Notes under the pieces: model-generated
The model's database searches: none
What the model saw: the letters and a program-made list of their open reading frames with translations, nothing else
What the model was told of the DNA's origin: nothing
Assembly (NCBI GenBank): GCA_032718475.1
Contig: JAUCBJ010004680.1
Location: 1 to 58,960 of the forward strand
Direction: 5' to 3'
Source of the DNA: Nemertoderma westbladi
Lineage: Eukaryota; Animalia; Xenacoelomorpha
Length of the DNA: 58,960 nucleotides
Shown here: positions 1-14,800 of the stretch, in pieces
Layout: each line of letters opens with the position of its first letter
Position numbering within the stretch: the first letter of the stretch is position 1
Made by a program: the position numbers and the translations under genes

Positions 1-3000
1 ACTTGGCCTTAGTTGCCTCGTAAACGTCTACCATCGAACTGGCTAGTTGTAGAATCCGGGCCTGGGATCCCCAAACGTTATGTTCTGCGAGACTACGGTG
101 TAATACCGGCGTTAGGTAGGCCGCGTATATGCTCTTCAGCTGCTCTCTGTCGGGGTATCCCATCGAGTGGATACGGACTATAGAACTGAATCGCGTTGTG
201 AGTTTATGTCGACCCATACTGGCTCCCGGGTTCACACTACCCACAATCTGGACGTTCTCTAAGCCGACGAACTCGAGATTCTTATCGAAGAAACCCTTGA
301 AGGTGAGCAACTGCTGAAGGAACGCGATTAACTGGGAGGTTCCCCATTTATCCGGCTTCGGGAGATTTAAATCCTTAAAGTATAGAATCAACCGCTCGCA
401 GTCCTTGGGTCTGTAGACACGGCCAGCGTTGGTGTTGACAACCATGCAGACCTGATTTAGTTTCTGTAGCACGTGTTCTGGAGAGGTCTGGGCACTGCAG
501 TAGACGTAGCCAACCTGGACCGATCGTAGTTTCTCGAAGGCCGCTTGTAGGACCAACGACTTCCCGCATCCATCGGGTCCCGCCAGTAGAAACGGGTAGC
601 GAACGGGTCCGTTCAACCACTTCGCTACGATATCAATCCCCCGCTGGACCCCTACGGTCGACACAACCGGTAGACGACGGGGATCCTTGAAGTCGTTGAC
701 GGTTAACGATTCCGGCATCCGCAGCTGGTACATCGCCAGTCGACCAGACGTCTGGTCCCAGTAGGTGTCCCAGGGCTGCTTGGAGTCCGGCGGGATCTCG
801 TGGGTCCAATGAAACATCTGTTTAGCGAATTCTTCCCGTTTATCTCCCATATTGCCACCGAGTCCGCGCATTAAACCAACTGCGAACTCCGACTTAGATC
901 GCACGTCGACCAGATGACTCAACCCGTCGAACACACACCCGACCAGACTTGTCTCAACCACGAAGTCGTTAGCCTTCAGGGTCCACTCCAATGCCACGTA
1001 GAAATAATCCTCGATTAGTTGACTGAGATTGGGACGAAGCTCCTCTGGCTGCTGTTCCAACCAACTCTGAACCAACGCCCGCACATCGATGTCTTCTTCC
1101 GAGACAAACACCATCCCCATCCGGGATATCGTCGCCGGCGAGGCGCAGCTAAGATCATGTGTCTCGAACATGAAGTTTACGTTGGGACCGAACTGGATCC
1201 GCTCACCGGATGGCATTGTGAGCAGACGGTTGTCGTCGAGAACCGAGTTGAGGGACTCGATCCACTCGGGGTCGATGTCTCCATCGCAGATGATCCAAGA
1301 CTGAACATCGATTGGTTCCTTGACCACCTGTCGCGCACTGTAAGTCAGCACGCCATCGCTCCACTCCCGGGTGTCGTGGTCTATCTGACCCAGCAACTGG
1401 GTACGTGGAATCGCTTTGGGGTTCATCGTGTAGATTTTAACCTGCTGTCCGGTTTTTATCATTGCGGATCGGAGGAGTCTCCAGAGCGTGGTCTTACCGG
1501 AACCGCTGGGACCCACCAACACGATACCCATCCGCTGCTGCAACTGGGCGTACAACTCCAAGGCTTTTTTGATCTGCCGGTCTATCGTCTGTAATTTCAT
1601 CTCGTTCGCCGACTCTTTCACACCTTTCTCTATCTGAATGTAATCCACATCCCTGAATGCGACCCCAGTAAAAACATCCCGAATAACCCCGTCGAAACGT
1701 TTACTATCCGCGAATGTCAATTTAGAAAGTGTGTTTAAGCGAAGTACTTGAACGATAATCCTCTTCTCGTCTTCAAACGATGGCTGTAAACCGTCGCGTC
1801 TCTCTGAAGCGAGCAGATCTCCGCAGCCTTTGAGGATGGTTTTGAGCGCCCGTAGTCCCCAATCGTAATGCTGCTGAACCGTCAAAAGTTGTCGCGACAT
1901 CTTAAAAACCTCAACGAGCTTCTTTCCCAGAATTTTCGCTTCTTTGAATCCCTCAGCGTAAAGTAACACCTCAGCGATTTGATCGTTATCTGGGGCCGAC
2001 ATCGCGACGGGTCGAAACAATTGCTTCAAATTATCAGGAAGTTTCTGACGACCACCATAGCCCTTCCCGGCGGGATTCAGCGTAATAAATATACCGGCAT
2101 TGAAGTCAATTTCGACCTGTTTATTTTGGAGGTCACAGGACCCTTGTTTGCTCTTGATAGCTAATTGGATCTTCTGTATGTCCATGCTGACAGCGCTGAG
2201 TACAGCCTCTTCGAGCCGGTTGAATTCATCGAAACATCCCCACGCGCCGCACTTTACGATCCCAGTAAATATCCGACCCATCGACTTTAAATCGATCCCC
2301 TCGTCGCAGTTAAATACGAGAACTTGGCGTCCAAAGAGGCCTCCCAACGCCTTCACCGATTCCGTTTTCCCGGTTCCAGCGGGGCCGTAAGGATTCCCCC
2401 CCATCCCCATATGCATCCCCTGTGTCAGCGTGAGGTAGCACTTATCCGTGAGCGGTGTGTATACGAGTTTAGGCGCATTCCCTTGATACTCATAAGTGTA
2501 GTTGAATTCAGCATCGACCATCCGAATAATGCAACGATCATTCGCGTTGTGGTAAAAGCGAAGTTGTTTCTGCCACGGCCATTCCTTGATCGATGTGATA
2601 CCGGCATTGTTGATGTATTCGATGATATCGAGATTATGAATGGTATCTAAGATCAATGCTTTCAATTTGAGATCCAGGACGCGAGTATCTGGATCATTTG
2701 GATCAGATTGACTGAGATCCACCGAGGTGTAAGTCTGCAGATGTTTGTGAAGGTTCTTGTTTAAGGATGACAGATCCGCACTGGATAGCGCTTGCTCACA
2801 TTGCTCCGTGAAGGTGATTTGCTCCGTCACGCAAAGAACTTGCGACGGATACTGACTGGGATCGAGGTCAGATTTAGAAACGACGCGAATACAGTTGGTC
2901 AATTCGTTAGCGAGTGTAACTTTCATCACCTCAGAGAGTTTACTCAACCAAATTTCGACTTCCGTAACAACTTGAACTGGAGTACTAAGAGAGACAACCT

Positions 3001-4280
3001 CTCCACAAATGCTCTTCATAGACTTAATATATTTGCAGTCGTTGTCGAACACCACGGAATGAATCCCCTGGAATAGTTTCTTTAAGTGGCTTTGGATTAC
3101 ATTTGGGTTAGTAGATTGTCCGAGGATTTCCAGTAAATCGTCATCGCCGATGAAATAAAACCGTGGGAAGGACGACCGTTTATCCTCGAGAAACTCAGCC
3201 AGGGCTTTCTGACATCGACCCAACTGATCCAACAACTGAACCAAAGTGTTCCTAATTCCGGAGCGACCAACCAAACTGACAACCCGATTATCGTAGCTAA
3301 TATCCGAGAGAATGTGTCTGTAGTCATCGTCGAGACGTTGGAAGCGCTGTTGTTCCCTAGGCAACGCGCCTCGACCGAATATAGGCTCCAGATAGACCCA
3401 CTTCCGTTGGACCTGGTTGAGATTCTGGAGGTATTCGTCGAGATCAGCCAATCGCTGCTCCCAGATCGAGGCTTTATCCTCGAAAAGGGCATAGTAAGGC
3501 GAGTCCTTGAGGGACTGTAACAAACACTGGTTGTCTCCAACTTCGTTAACCAAATCCTTCCAATCTTTGATGATCTTCAGTGGCTGCCCTGCCGTATCTT
3601 TGTAGGGAGTCAACGTAAACACGGTGGCAGCTCCCCACAACTCCAGTTCCCGTATCGCTTCTCGGATAGAAACCTCTCCGGTCGCTCTCGCCGTCAACTC
3701 CTTCAACTGTTCAGCCTTCGCAACGATAACATCCTCGACCCCCAGAATGTCCATGAAGGTCAACTTCTCCAAGGTTGTGCCTTTGGGCATTCCAAGGAGT
3801 CGGAACAACTCGAGCCAGTGGTCCTGGGACAGCATATCGCCTCGAACCCACTTGAGTAGCGGTGCGACCAGTCGATGTTTATCGATCTCCTTCCCGAGTA
3901 TTACCGTCATACCGGTCGCTTCGCCCGCCAACGCGAGCTGTTTCGTCTCGTCCGCCCAAATCTGCAGAAACTCGTCAAATTTGTAGGTGCTTGAGCGGAA
4001 ACTGATCCAGTCCTGGTCACCCAGCGCTTCCAGACCCAGTTGATACTTCTCAAAGAGCAACCACGTGTCCTCAACCTCCTTGAGATCCTGGCCCAACTCC
4101 AGTGACAATTGGAACTCGGGTTTCTCCAATCCAAACGCCTCACAATCCTTAACGACATCTTCCTGTGCCGACATTAACTCGTCGAATTCTACTCGTCTTT
4201 CCTTCACATTTATCGCGTTCTTCTTGAGTTTACTTATATTATTCTCCAAAACATCATCTTTTGGCTTTAATTGATGATAA
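1..4280 (-). CDS. DYNC2H1: Cytoplasmic dynein-2 heavy chain 1, giant internal exon (end of tail, linker, AAA1, AAA2, AAA3); runs off the window edge at base 1
   Basis: Acceptor tttacattccag|T TAT CAT CAA TTA AAG CCA (YHQLKPKDDVLEN). Three Walker A motifs follow: AAA1 [40 protein letters not shown]...WGCFDEFNRLEE (~2386-2210), AAA2 GPSGSGKTTLW (~1513-1481) and AAA3 PFLLAGPDGCGKS...KDLNLPKPDKWGTSQL (~595-330); AAA1 and AAA3 checked to be in the acceptor-defined frame. These motifs are typical of dynein-2 heavy chain. It is absent from the ORF track, as expected for an ORF with no stop before the window edge. Confidence 0.96.
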
Positions 4281-4656
4281 CTGGAATGTAAATATAAATA
4301 GACCAATAAAAATGCCATAAATTAAACCACGACAATGTAAATGTAAACCTTTCCCGAGCGACGGCGGTTATGTAAACCTCTCTCGCTGCGCTCGCTCGGT
4401 ACATAAATACCATGGGGTAATATCATAACTATGAAAAGTGCAACTTTTTACACAATCAAGTAAATAGTTATAATAGAAAATTGGGATATTATTTTACTGC
4501 GACAATAAAGTATGTCAAGGATACTATTTTCAACATCCATTCCACCTTGAAACATAGTGTGGCAAAATAATATACGTAAACGAAAACCATCTCTACCGCT
4601 CTGTCATAGTTTGTAAAAGTAAATGAAGCGCAAAATAACGTAAACATAAAACTAAC

Positions 4657-4814
4657 CGAGCTGAGAATCTTTCAACTTCCTGTTGATGGGATTCCACTCG
4701 ACTCTTCATGTTCGTCTTCATTATCTCAATTTGTTCCTCGATCATCATCTGGAAGGATTCAGAAAGTATCTCAAACTTCTCCCATCTTGCAGACATTGCG
4801 CTCATTGCTTCAAT
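4657..4814 (-). CDS. DYNC2H1: DYNC2H1 exon (tail), IEAMSAMSARWEKFEILSESFQMMIEEQIEIMKTNMKSRVESHQQEVERFSAR
   Basis: Acceptor gtctccgtag|ATT GAA; donor GCT CG|gttagt. CG plus the first T of the next exon gives Arg and keeps the frame. Resembles the recalled dynein-2 segment WDKFELMMESHQLMIKDQIEVMKGNVKSR. Confidence 0.93.
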
Positions 4815-4934
4815 CTACGGAGACAAAAACAACAACCTCACAATAAGTTAATAAATCTATATTAACTCTTAAATCGTAAAATAATTAGAAATCCAATGAA
4901 GTTCACATGGTGAAAGTCAGATTATATAGACTAA

Positions 4935-5059
4935 CCCAATCTACTGAGTATGGACGCATGACGGCCCAATCTACTGAGTAAGGACGCATGACGGCCCAAT
5001 CTACTGAGTATGGACGCATGACGGCCCAATCTACTGAGTAAGGACGCATGACGGCCCAA
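4935..5059. repeat. 30-bp minisatellite, ~4 copies (cccaatctactgagtawggacgcatgacgg)
   Basis: Direct tandem copies visible, with alternating T/A variant. Confidence 0.92.
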
Positions 5060-5423
5060 AATAAGACAGCTTAACATACGGGTGCCGTTATATCAATTGT
5101 TAAATGTTGGTCTGCCTGACTGCAAATGTTTAAGGCTAATAAGTCAATCCTTGATGAACTTGGTACACATGAGGCTTAGTCTGACAAAAAAACTGAGATT
5201 AATTTGCATGGGGAATTCAGCAGTTCTCCAGGCTCTCGCTAGAGGACGAATACGAAACTGTTGAATAATTGTACCCCGATACTAAGCTTGCTTACTTCAT
5301 TAGTCACCATACTGCTACAACCCAGCACGACCCTGCATACACACAAGATATGAGTTTTGCCAGACGCTGCCATCGTAAAACTGATCAACCGGCGCGTTAT
5401 CTTGTTCTATGGCCACAGCCAGT

Positions 5424-5648
5424 TGGTTGGTGAGAGGAAACGTGATGGACAGCCATTGGCTACGGTTGGTGAGAGGAAACGTGGTGGACAGCCATTAGCT
5501 AGGAAACGTGGTGGACAGCCATTGGCTAGGAAACGTGATGGACAGCCATTGGCTAGGAAACGTGGTGGACAGCCATTGGCTACGGTTGGTGAAAGGAAAC
5601 GTGGTGGACAGCCATTGGCTAGGAAACGTGGTGGACAGCCATTGGCTA
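5424..5648. repeat. 27-bp minisatellite (ggaaacgtggtggacagccattggcta) with a 39-bp variant, ~7 copies
   Basis: Tandem copies; source of the RKRGGQPLA artefact ORF. Confidence 0.9.
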
Positions 5649-5833
5649 AATGAGATGAATTGGTGCTTTACATGGATGATCGCAAACTGACGGAGTGTTG
5701 TGTTACAGAAGAAGGCTGGCAATACAACTCGGCTCATAGGCAAACCCCATATGTATGTATTGCCATTTAGGGTGCCATTATCGACCAAACAACGGATGTA
5801 AATAGTCAATAAAATATAAATAAGACCACTCGA

Positions 5834-8800
5834 CTTAGAACACTCGACTAGTTTCAGCTACTAGTTTCAGCTACACTGCTTAGAACACTCGACTAGTTTC
5901 AGCTACACTTCTTAGAACAAACATTATTAGTTTCAGCTACACTACTTAGAACACTCGACTAGTTTCAGCTACACTTCTTAGAACAAACATTATTAGTTTC
6001 AGCTACACTGCTTAGAACACTCGACTAGTTTCAGCTACACTTCTTAGAACAAACATTATTAGTTTCAGCTACACTGCTTAGAACACTCGACTAGTTTCAG
6101 TTACACTTCTTAGAACACTCGACTAGTTTCAGCTACACTTCTTAGAACAAACATTATTAGTTTCAGCTACACTACTTAGAACACTCGACTAGTTTCAGCT
6201 ACTAGTTTCAGCTACACTACTTAGAACACTCGACTAGTTTCAGTTACACTTCTTAGAACAAACATTATTAGTTTCAGCTACACTGCTTAGAACACTCCTA
6301 GTTTCAGCTACTAGTTTCAGCTACACTGCTTAGAACAAACATTATTAGTTTCAGCTACACTACTTAGAACACTCGACTAGTTTCAGCTACTAGTTTCAGC
6401 TACACTACTTAGAACACTCGACTAGTTTCAGTTACACTTCTTAGAACAAACATTATTACTTTCAGCTACACTACTTAGAACACTCGACTAGTTTCAGTTA
6501 CACTTCTTAGAACAAACATTATTAGTTTCAGCTACACTGCTTAGAACACTCGACTAGTTTCAGCTACACTTCTTTGAACAAACATAACATTATTAGTTTC
6601 AGCTACACTACTTAGAACACTCGACTAGTTTCAGCTACTAGTTTCAGCTACACTACTTAGAACACTCGACTAGTTTCAGTTACACTACTTAGAACACTCG
6701 ACTAGTTTCAGTTACACTTCTTAGAACAAACATTATTAGTTTCAGCTACACTACTTAGAACACTCGACTAGTTTCAGTTACACTTCTTAGAACAAACATT
6801 ATTAGTTTCAGCTACACTGCTTAGAACACTCGACTAGTTTCAGTTACACTTCTTAGAACAAACATTATTAGTTTCAGCTACACTACTTAGAACACTCGAC
6901 TAGTTTCAGCTACACTTCTTAGAACAAACATTATTAGTTTCAGCTACACTGCTTAGAACACTCGACTAGTTTCAGCTACTAGTTTCAGCTACACTACTTA
7001 GAACACTCGACTAGTTTCAGCTACACTTCTTAGAACAAACAATATTAGTTTCAGCTACACTACTTAGAACACTCGACTAGTTTCAGTTACACTTCTTAGA
7101 ACAAACATTATTAGTTTCAGCTACACTGCTTAGAACACTCGACTAGTTTCAGTTACACTTCTTAGAACAAACATTATTAGTTTCAGCTACACTACTTAGA
7201 ACACTCGACTAGTTTCAGCTACTAGTTTCAGCTACACTACTTAGAACACTCGACTAGTTTCAGCTACACTTCTTAGAACAAACAATATTAGTTTCAGCTA
7301 CACTACTTAGAACACTCGACTAGTTTCAGTTACACTTCTTAGAACAAACATTATTAGTTTAAGCTACACTGCTTAGAACACTCGACTAGTTTCAGCTACA
7401 CTTCTTAGAACAAACATTATTAGTTTCAGCTACACTGCTTAGAACACTCGACTAGTTTCAGCTACACTTCTTAGAACAAACATTATTAGTTTCAGCTACA
7501 CTAGTTAGAACACTCTTAGTTTCAGCTACACTGCTTAGAACACTCCTAGTTTGAGCTACACTACTTAGAACACTCGACTAGTTTCAGTTACACTGCTTAG
7601 AACAAACATTATTAGTTTAAGCTACACTGCTTAGAACACTCGACTAGTTTCAGCTACACTTCTTAGAACAAACATTATTAGATTCAGCTACACTACTTAG
7701 AACACTCTTAGTTTCAGCTACACTGCTTAGAACACTCCTAGTTTCAGCTACACTACTTAGAACACTCGACTAGTTTCAGTTACACTGCTTAGAACAAACA
7801 TTATTTGTTTCAGCTACACTGCTTAGAACACTCGACTAGTTTCAGCTACACTTCTTAGAACAAACATTATTAGTTTCAGCTACACTACTTAGAACACTCG
7901 ACTAGTTTCAGCTACACTTCTTAGAACAAACATTATTAGTTTCAGCTACACTACTTAGAACACTCGACTAGTTTCAGTTACACTTCTTAGAACAAACATT
8001 ATTAGTTTCAGCTACACTGCTTAGAACACTCGACTAGATTCAGCTACACTTCTTAGAACAAACATTATTAATTTCAGCTACACTACTTAGAACACTCGAC
8101 TAGTTTCAGTTACACTTCTTAGAACAAACATTATTAGTTTCAGCTACACTGATTAGAACACTCGACTAGTTTCAGCTACACTGCTTAGAACACTCCTAGT
8201 TTCAGCTACACTACTTAGAACACTCGACTAGTTTCAGTTACACTTCTTAGAACAACCATTATTTGTTTCAGCTACACTACTTAGAACACTCCTAGTTTCA
8301 GCTACACTACTTAGAACACTCGACTAGTTTCAGTTACACTTCTTAGAACAACCATTATTTGTTTCAGCTACACTGCTTAGAGCACTCGACTAGTTTCAGC
8401 TACACTGCTTAGAACACTCGACTATTTTCAGTTACACTTCTTAGAACAAACATTATTAGTTTCAGCTACACTACTTAGAACACTCGACTAGTTTCAGTTA
8501 CACTTCTTAGAACAAACATTATTAGTTTCAGCTACACTGCTTAGAACACTCGACTAGATTCAGCTACACTTCTTAGAACAAACATTATTAATTTCAGCTA
8601 CACTACCTAGAACACTCTAGTTTCAGCTACACTGCTTAGAACACTCGACTAGTTTCAGTTACACTTCTTAGAACAAACATTATTAGTTTCAGCTACACAG
8701 CTTAGAACACTCGACTAGTTTCAGCTACTAGTTTCAGCTACACTACTTAGAACACTCGACTAGTTTCAGTTACACTTCTTAGAACAAACATTATTAGTTT

Positions 8801-11800
8801 CAGCTACACTGCTTAGAACACTCGACTAGTTTCAGTTACACTTCTTAGAACAAACATTATTAGTTTCAGCTACACTGCTTAGAACACTCGACTAGATTCA
8901 GCTACACTTCTTAGAACAAACATTATTAATTTCAGCTACACTACCTAGAACACTCTAGTTTCAGCTACACTGCTTAGAACACTCGACTAGTTTCAGCTAC
9001 ACTTCTTAGAACAAACATTATTAGTTTCAGCTACACTACTTAGAACACTCTTAGTTTCAGCTACACTGCTTAGAACACTCCTAGTTTGAGCTACACTACT
9101 TAGAACACTCGACTAGTTTCAGTTACACTGCTTAGAACAAACATTATTAGTTTAAGCTACACTGCTTAGAACACTCGACTAGTTTCAGCTACACTTCTTA
9201 GAACAAACATTATTAGATTCAGCTACACTACTTAGAACACTCTTAGTTTCAGCTACACTGCTTAGAACACTCCTAGTTTCAGCTACACTACTTAGAACAC
9301 TCGACTAGTTTCAGTTACACTGCTTAGAACAAACATTATTTGTTTCAGCTACACTGCTTAGAACACTCGACTAGTTTCAGCTACACTTCTTAGAACAAAC
9401 ATTATTAGTTTCAGCTACACTACTTAGAACACTCGACTAGTTTCAGCTACACTTCTTAGAACAAACATTATTAGTTTCAGCTACACTACTTAGAACACTC
9501 GACTAGTTTCAGTTACACTTCTTAGAACAAACATTATTAGTTTCAGCTACACTGCTTAGAACACTCGACTAGATTCAGCTACACTTCTTAGAACAAACAT
9601 TATTAATTTCAGCTACACTACTTAGAACACTCGACTAGTTTCAGTTACACTTCTTAGAACAAACATTATTAGTTTCAGCTACACTGATTAGAACACTCGA
9701 CTAGTTTCAGCTACACTGCTTAGAACACTCCTAGTTTCAGCTACACTACTTAGAACACTCGACTAGTTTCAGTTACACTTCTTAGAACAACCATTATTTG
9801 TTTCAGCTACACTACTTAGAACACTCCTAGTTTCAGCTACACTACTTAGAACACTCGACTAGTTTCAGTTACACTTCTTAGAACAACCATTATTTGTTTC
9901 AGCTACACTGCTTAGAGCACTCGACTAGTTTCAGCTACACTGCTTAGAACACTCGACTATTTTCAGTTACACTTCTTAGAACAAACATTATTAGTTTCAG
10001 CTACACTACTTAGAACACTCGACTAGTTTCAGTTACACTTCTTAGAACAAACATTATTAGTTTCAGCTACACTGCTTAGAACACTCGACTAGATTCAGCT
10101 ACACTTCTTAGAACAAACATTATTAATTTCAGCTACACTACCTAGAACACTCTAGTTTCAGCTACACTGCTTAGAACACTCGACTAGTTTCAGTTACACT
10201 TCTTAGAACAAACATTATTAGTTTCAGCTACACAGCTTAGAACACTCGACTAGTTTCAGCTACTAGTTTCAGCTACACTACTTAGAACACTCGACTAGTT
10301 TCAGTTACACTTCTTAGAACAAACATTATTAGTTTCAGCTACACTGCTTAGAACACTCGACTAGTTTCAGTTACACTTCTTAGAACAAACATTATTAGTT
10401 TCAGCTACACTGCTTAGAACACTCGACTAGATTCAGCTACACTTCTTAGAACAAACATTATTAATTTCAGCTACACTACCTAGAACACTCTAGTTTCAGC
10501 TACACTGCTTAGAACACTCGACTAGTTTCAGTTACACTTCTTGAACAAACATTATTAGTTTCAGCTACACTGCTTAGAACACTCGACTAGTTTCAGTTAC
10601 ACTTCTTAGAACAAACATTATTAGTTTCAGCTACACTGCTTAGAACACTCGACTAGATTCAGCTACACTTCTTAGAACAAACATTATTAATTTCAGCTAC
10701 ACTACCTAGAACACTCTAGTTTCAGCTACACTGCTTAGAACACTCGACTAGTTTCAGTTACACTTCTTAGAACAAACATTATTAGTTTCAGCTACACAGC
10801 TTAGAACACTCGACTAGTTTCAGCTACTAGTTTCAGCTACACTACTTAGAACACTCGACTAGTTTCAGTTACACTTCTTAGAACAAACATTATTAGTTTC
10901 AGCTACACTGCTTAGAACACTCGACTAGTTTCAGTTACACTTCTTAGAACAAACATTATTAGTTTCAGCTACACTGCTTAGAACACTCGACTAGTTTCAG
11001 TTACACTTCTTAGAACAAACATTATTAGTTTCAGCTACACTACTTAGAACACTCGACTAGTTTCAGTTACACTTCTTAGAACAAACATTATTAGTTTCAG
11101 CTACACTACTTAGAACACTCGACTAGTTTCAGTTACACTTCTTAGAACAAACATTATTAGTTTCAGCTACACTACTTAGAACACTCGACTAGTTTCAGTT
11201 ACACTTCTTAGAACAAACATTATTAGTTTCAGCTACACTGCTTAGAACACTCGACTAGTTTCAGTTACACTTCTTAGAACAAACATTATTAGTTTCAGCT
11301 ACACTACTTAGAACACTCGACTAGTTTCAGTTACACTTCTTAGAACAAACATTATTAGTTTCAGCTACACTGCTTAGAACACTCGACTAGATTCAGCTAC
11401 ACTTCTTAGAACAAACATTATTAATTTCAGCTACACTACCTAGAACACTCTAGTTTCAGCTACACTGCTTAGAACACTCGACTAGTTTCAGTTACACTTC
11501 TTAGAACAACATTATTAGTTTCAGCTACACTGCTTAGAACACTCGACTAGTTTCAGTTACACTTCTTAGAACAAACATTATTAGTTTCAGCTACACTGCT
11601 TAGAACACTCGACTAGATTCAGCTACACTTCTTAGAACAAACATTATTAATTTCAGCTACACTACCTAGAACACTCTAGTTTCAGCTACACTGATTAGAA
11701 CACTCGACTAGTTTCAGTTACACTTCTTAGAACAAACATTATTAGTTTCAGCTACACAGCTTAGAACACTCGACTAGTTTCAGCTACTAGTTTCAGCTAC

Positions 11801-14800
11801 ACTACTTAGAACACTCGACTAGTTTCAGTTACACTTCTTAGAACAAACATTATTAGTTTCAGCTACACTGCTTAGAACACTCGACTAGTTTCAGTTACAC
11901 TTCTTAGAACAAACATTATTAGTTTCAGCTACACTGCTTAGAACACTCGACTAGTTTCAGTTACACTTCTTAGAACAAACATTATTAGTTTCAGCTACAC
12001 TACTTAGAACACTCGACTAGTTTCAGTTACACTTCTTAGAACAAACATTATTAGTTTCAGCTACACTGCTTAGAACACTCGACTAGTTTCAGTTACACTT
12101 CTTAGAACAAACATTATTAGTTTCAGCTACACTACTTAGAACACTCGACTAGTTTCAGTTACACTTCTTAGAACAAACATTATTAGTTTCAGCTACACTG
12201 CTTAGAACACTCGACTAGTTTCAGCTACTAGTTTCAGTTACACTTCTTAGAACAAACATTATTAGTTTCAGCTACACTGCTTAGAACACTCGACTAGTTT
12301 CAGCTACACTTCTTAGAACAAACATTATTAGTTTCAGCTACACTGCTTAGAACACTCGACTAGTTTCAGCTACTAGTTTCAGCTACACTTCTTAGAACAA
12401 ACATTATTAGTTTCAGCTACACTGCTTAGAACACTCGACTAGTTTCAGCTACTAGTTTCAGCTACACTACTTAGAACACTCGACTAGTTTCAGTTACACT
12501 TCTTAGAACAAACATTATTAGTTTCAGCTACACTGCTTAGAACACTCGACTAGTTTCAGCTACTAGTTTCAGCTACACTACTTAGAACACTCGACTAGTT
12601 TCAGTTACACTTCTTAGAACAAACATTATTAGTTTCAGCTACACTGCTTAGAACACTCGACTAGTTTCAGCTACACTTCTTAGAACAAACATTATTAGTT
12701 TCATCTACACTGCTTAGAACACTCGACTAGTTTCAGCTACTAGTTTCAGTTACACTTCTTAGAACAAACATTATTAGTTTCAGCTACACTGCTTAGAACA
12801 CTCGACTAGTTTCAGCTACTAGTTTCAGCTACACTTCTCAGAACAAACATTATTAGTTTCAGCTACACTACTTAGAACACTCGACTAGTTTCAGCTACTA
12901 GTTTCAGCTACACTACTTAGAACACTCGACTAGTTTCAGTTACACTTCTTAGAACAAACATTATTAGTTTCAGCTACACTGCTTAGAACACTCGACTAGT
13001 TTCAGCTACTAGTTTCAGTTACACTTCTTAGAACAAACATTATTAATTTCAGCTACACTACTTAGAACACTCGACTAGTTGCAGTTACACTTCTAAGAAC
13101 AAACATTATTTGTTTCAGCTACACTGCTTAGAACACTCAAATAGTTTCAGTTACACTTCTTAGAACAAACATTATTAGTTTCAGCTACACTGCTTAGAAC
13201 ACTCGACTAGTTTCAGCTACACTACTTAGAACACTCGACTAGTTTCAGTTACACTGCTTAGAACACTCCTAGTTTCTGCTACACTGCTTAGAACACTCCT
13301 AGTTTCTGCTACACTGCTTAGAACACTCCTAGTTTCTGCTACACTGCTTAGAACACTCCTAGTTTCTGCTACACTGCTTAGAACACTCCTAGTTTCTGCT
13401 ACAATGCTTAGAACACTCCTAGTTTCTGCTACACTGCTTAGAACACTCCTAGTTTCTGCTACACTGCTTAGAACACTCCTAGTTTCTGCTACACTGCTTA
13501 GAACACTCCTAGTTTCTGCTACACTGCTTAGAACACTCCTAGTTTCTGCTACAATGCTTAGAACACTCCTAGTTTCTGCTACACTGCTTAGAACACTCCT
13601 AGTTTCTGCTACACTGCTTATAACACTCCTAGTTTCTGCTACAATGCTTAGAACACTCCTAGTTTCTGCTACACTGCTTAGAACACTCCTAGTTTCTGCT
13701 ACACTGCTTAGAACACTCCTTAGAACACTCCTAGTTTCTGCTACACTGCTTAGAACACTCCTAATTTCTGCTACACTGCTTAGAACACTCCTAGTTTCTG
13801 CTACACTGCTTAGAACACTCCTAGTTTCTGCTACACTGCTTAGAACACTCCTAGTTTCTGCTACAATGCTTAGAACACTCCTAGTTTCTGCTACACTGCT
13901 TAGAACACTCATAGTTTCTGCTACACTGCTTAGAACACTCGACTAGTTTCAGCTACTAGTTTCAGCTACACTACTTAGAACACTCGACTAGTTTCAGTTA
14001 CACTTCTTAGAACAAACATTATTAGTTTCAGCTACACTGCGTAGAACACTCGACTAGTTTCAGCTACACTTCTTAGAACAAACATTATTAGTTTCAGCTA
14101 CACTGCTTAGAACACTCGACTAGTTTCAGCTACTAGTTTCAGCTACACTTCTTAGAACAAACATTATTAGTTTCAGCTACACTGCTTAGAACACTCGACT
14201 AGTTTCAGCTACTAGTTTCAGCTACACTACTTAGAACACTCGACTAGTTTCAGTTACACTTCTTAGAACAAACATTATTAGTTTCAGCTACACTGCTTAG
14301 AACACTCGACTAGTTTCAGCTACTAGTTTCAGCTACACTTCTCAGAACAAACATTATTAGTTTCAGCTACACTACTTAGAACACTCGACTAGTTTCAGTT
14401 ACACTTCTTAGAACAAACATTATTAGTTTCAGCTACACTGCTTAGAACACTCGACTAGTTTCAGCTACACTTCTTAGAACAAACATTATTAGTTTCATCT
14501 ACACTGCTTAGAACACTCGACTAGTTTCAGCTACTAGTTTCAGTTACACTTCTTAGAACAAACATTATTAGTTTCAGCTACACTGCTTAGAACACTCGAC
14601 TAGTTTCAGCTACTAGTTTCAGCTACACTTCTCAGAACAAACATTATTAGTTTCAACTACACTACTTAGAACACTCGACTAGTTTCAGCTACTAGTTTCA
14701 GCTACACTACTTAGAACACTCGACTAGTTTCAGTTACACTTCTTAGAACAAACATTATTAGTTTCAGCTACACTGCTTAGAACACTCGACTAGTTTCAGC

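Noticed and set aside
129-4274. Plus-strand and off-frame ORFs overlapping the dynein exon (e.g. 1019-1594)
   Set aside because: Antisense or alternate-frame shadows of the long dynein reading frame.
4380-4400. ctcgctgcgctcgctcgg, resembling plasmid ori or AAV ITR sequence
   Set aside because: Too short and embedded in a normal AT-rich intron; at most a transposon remnant.
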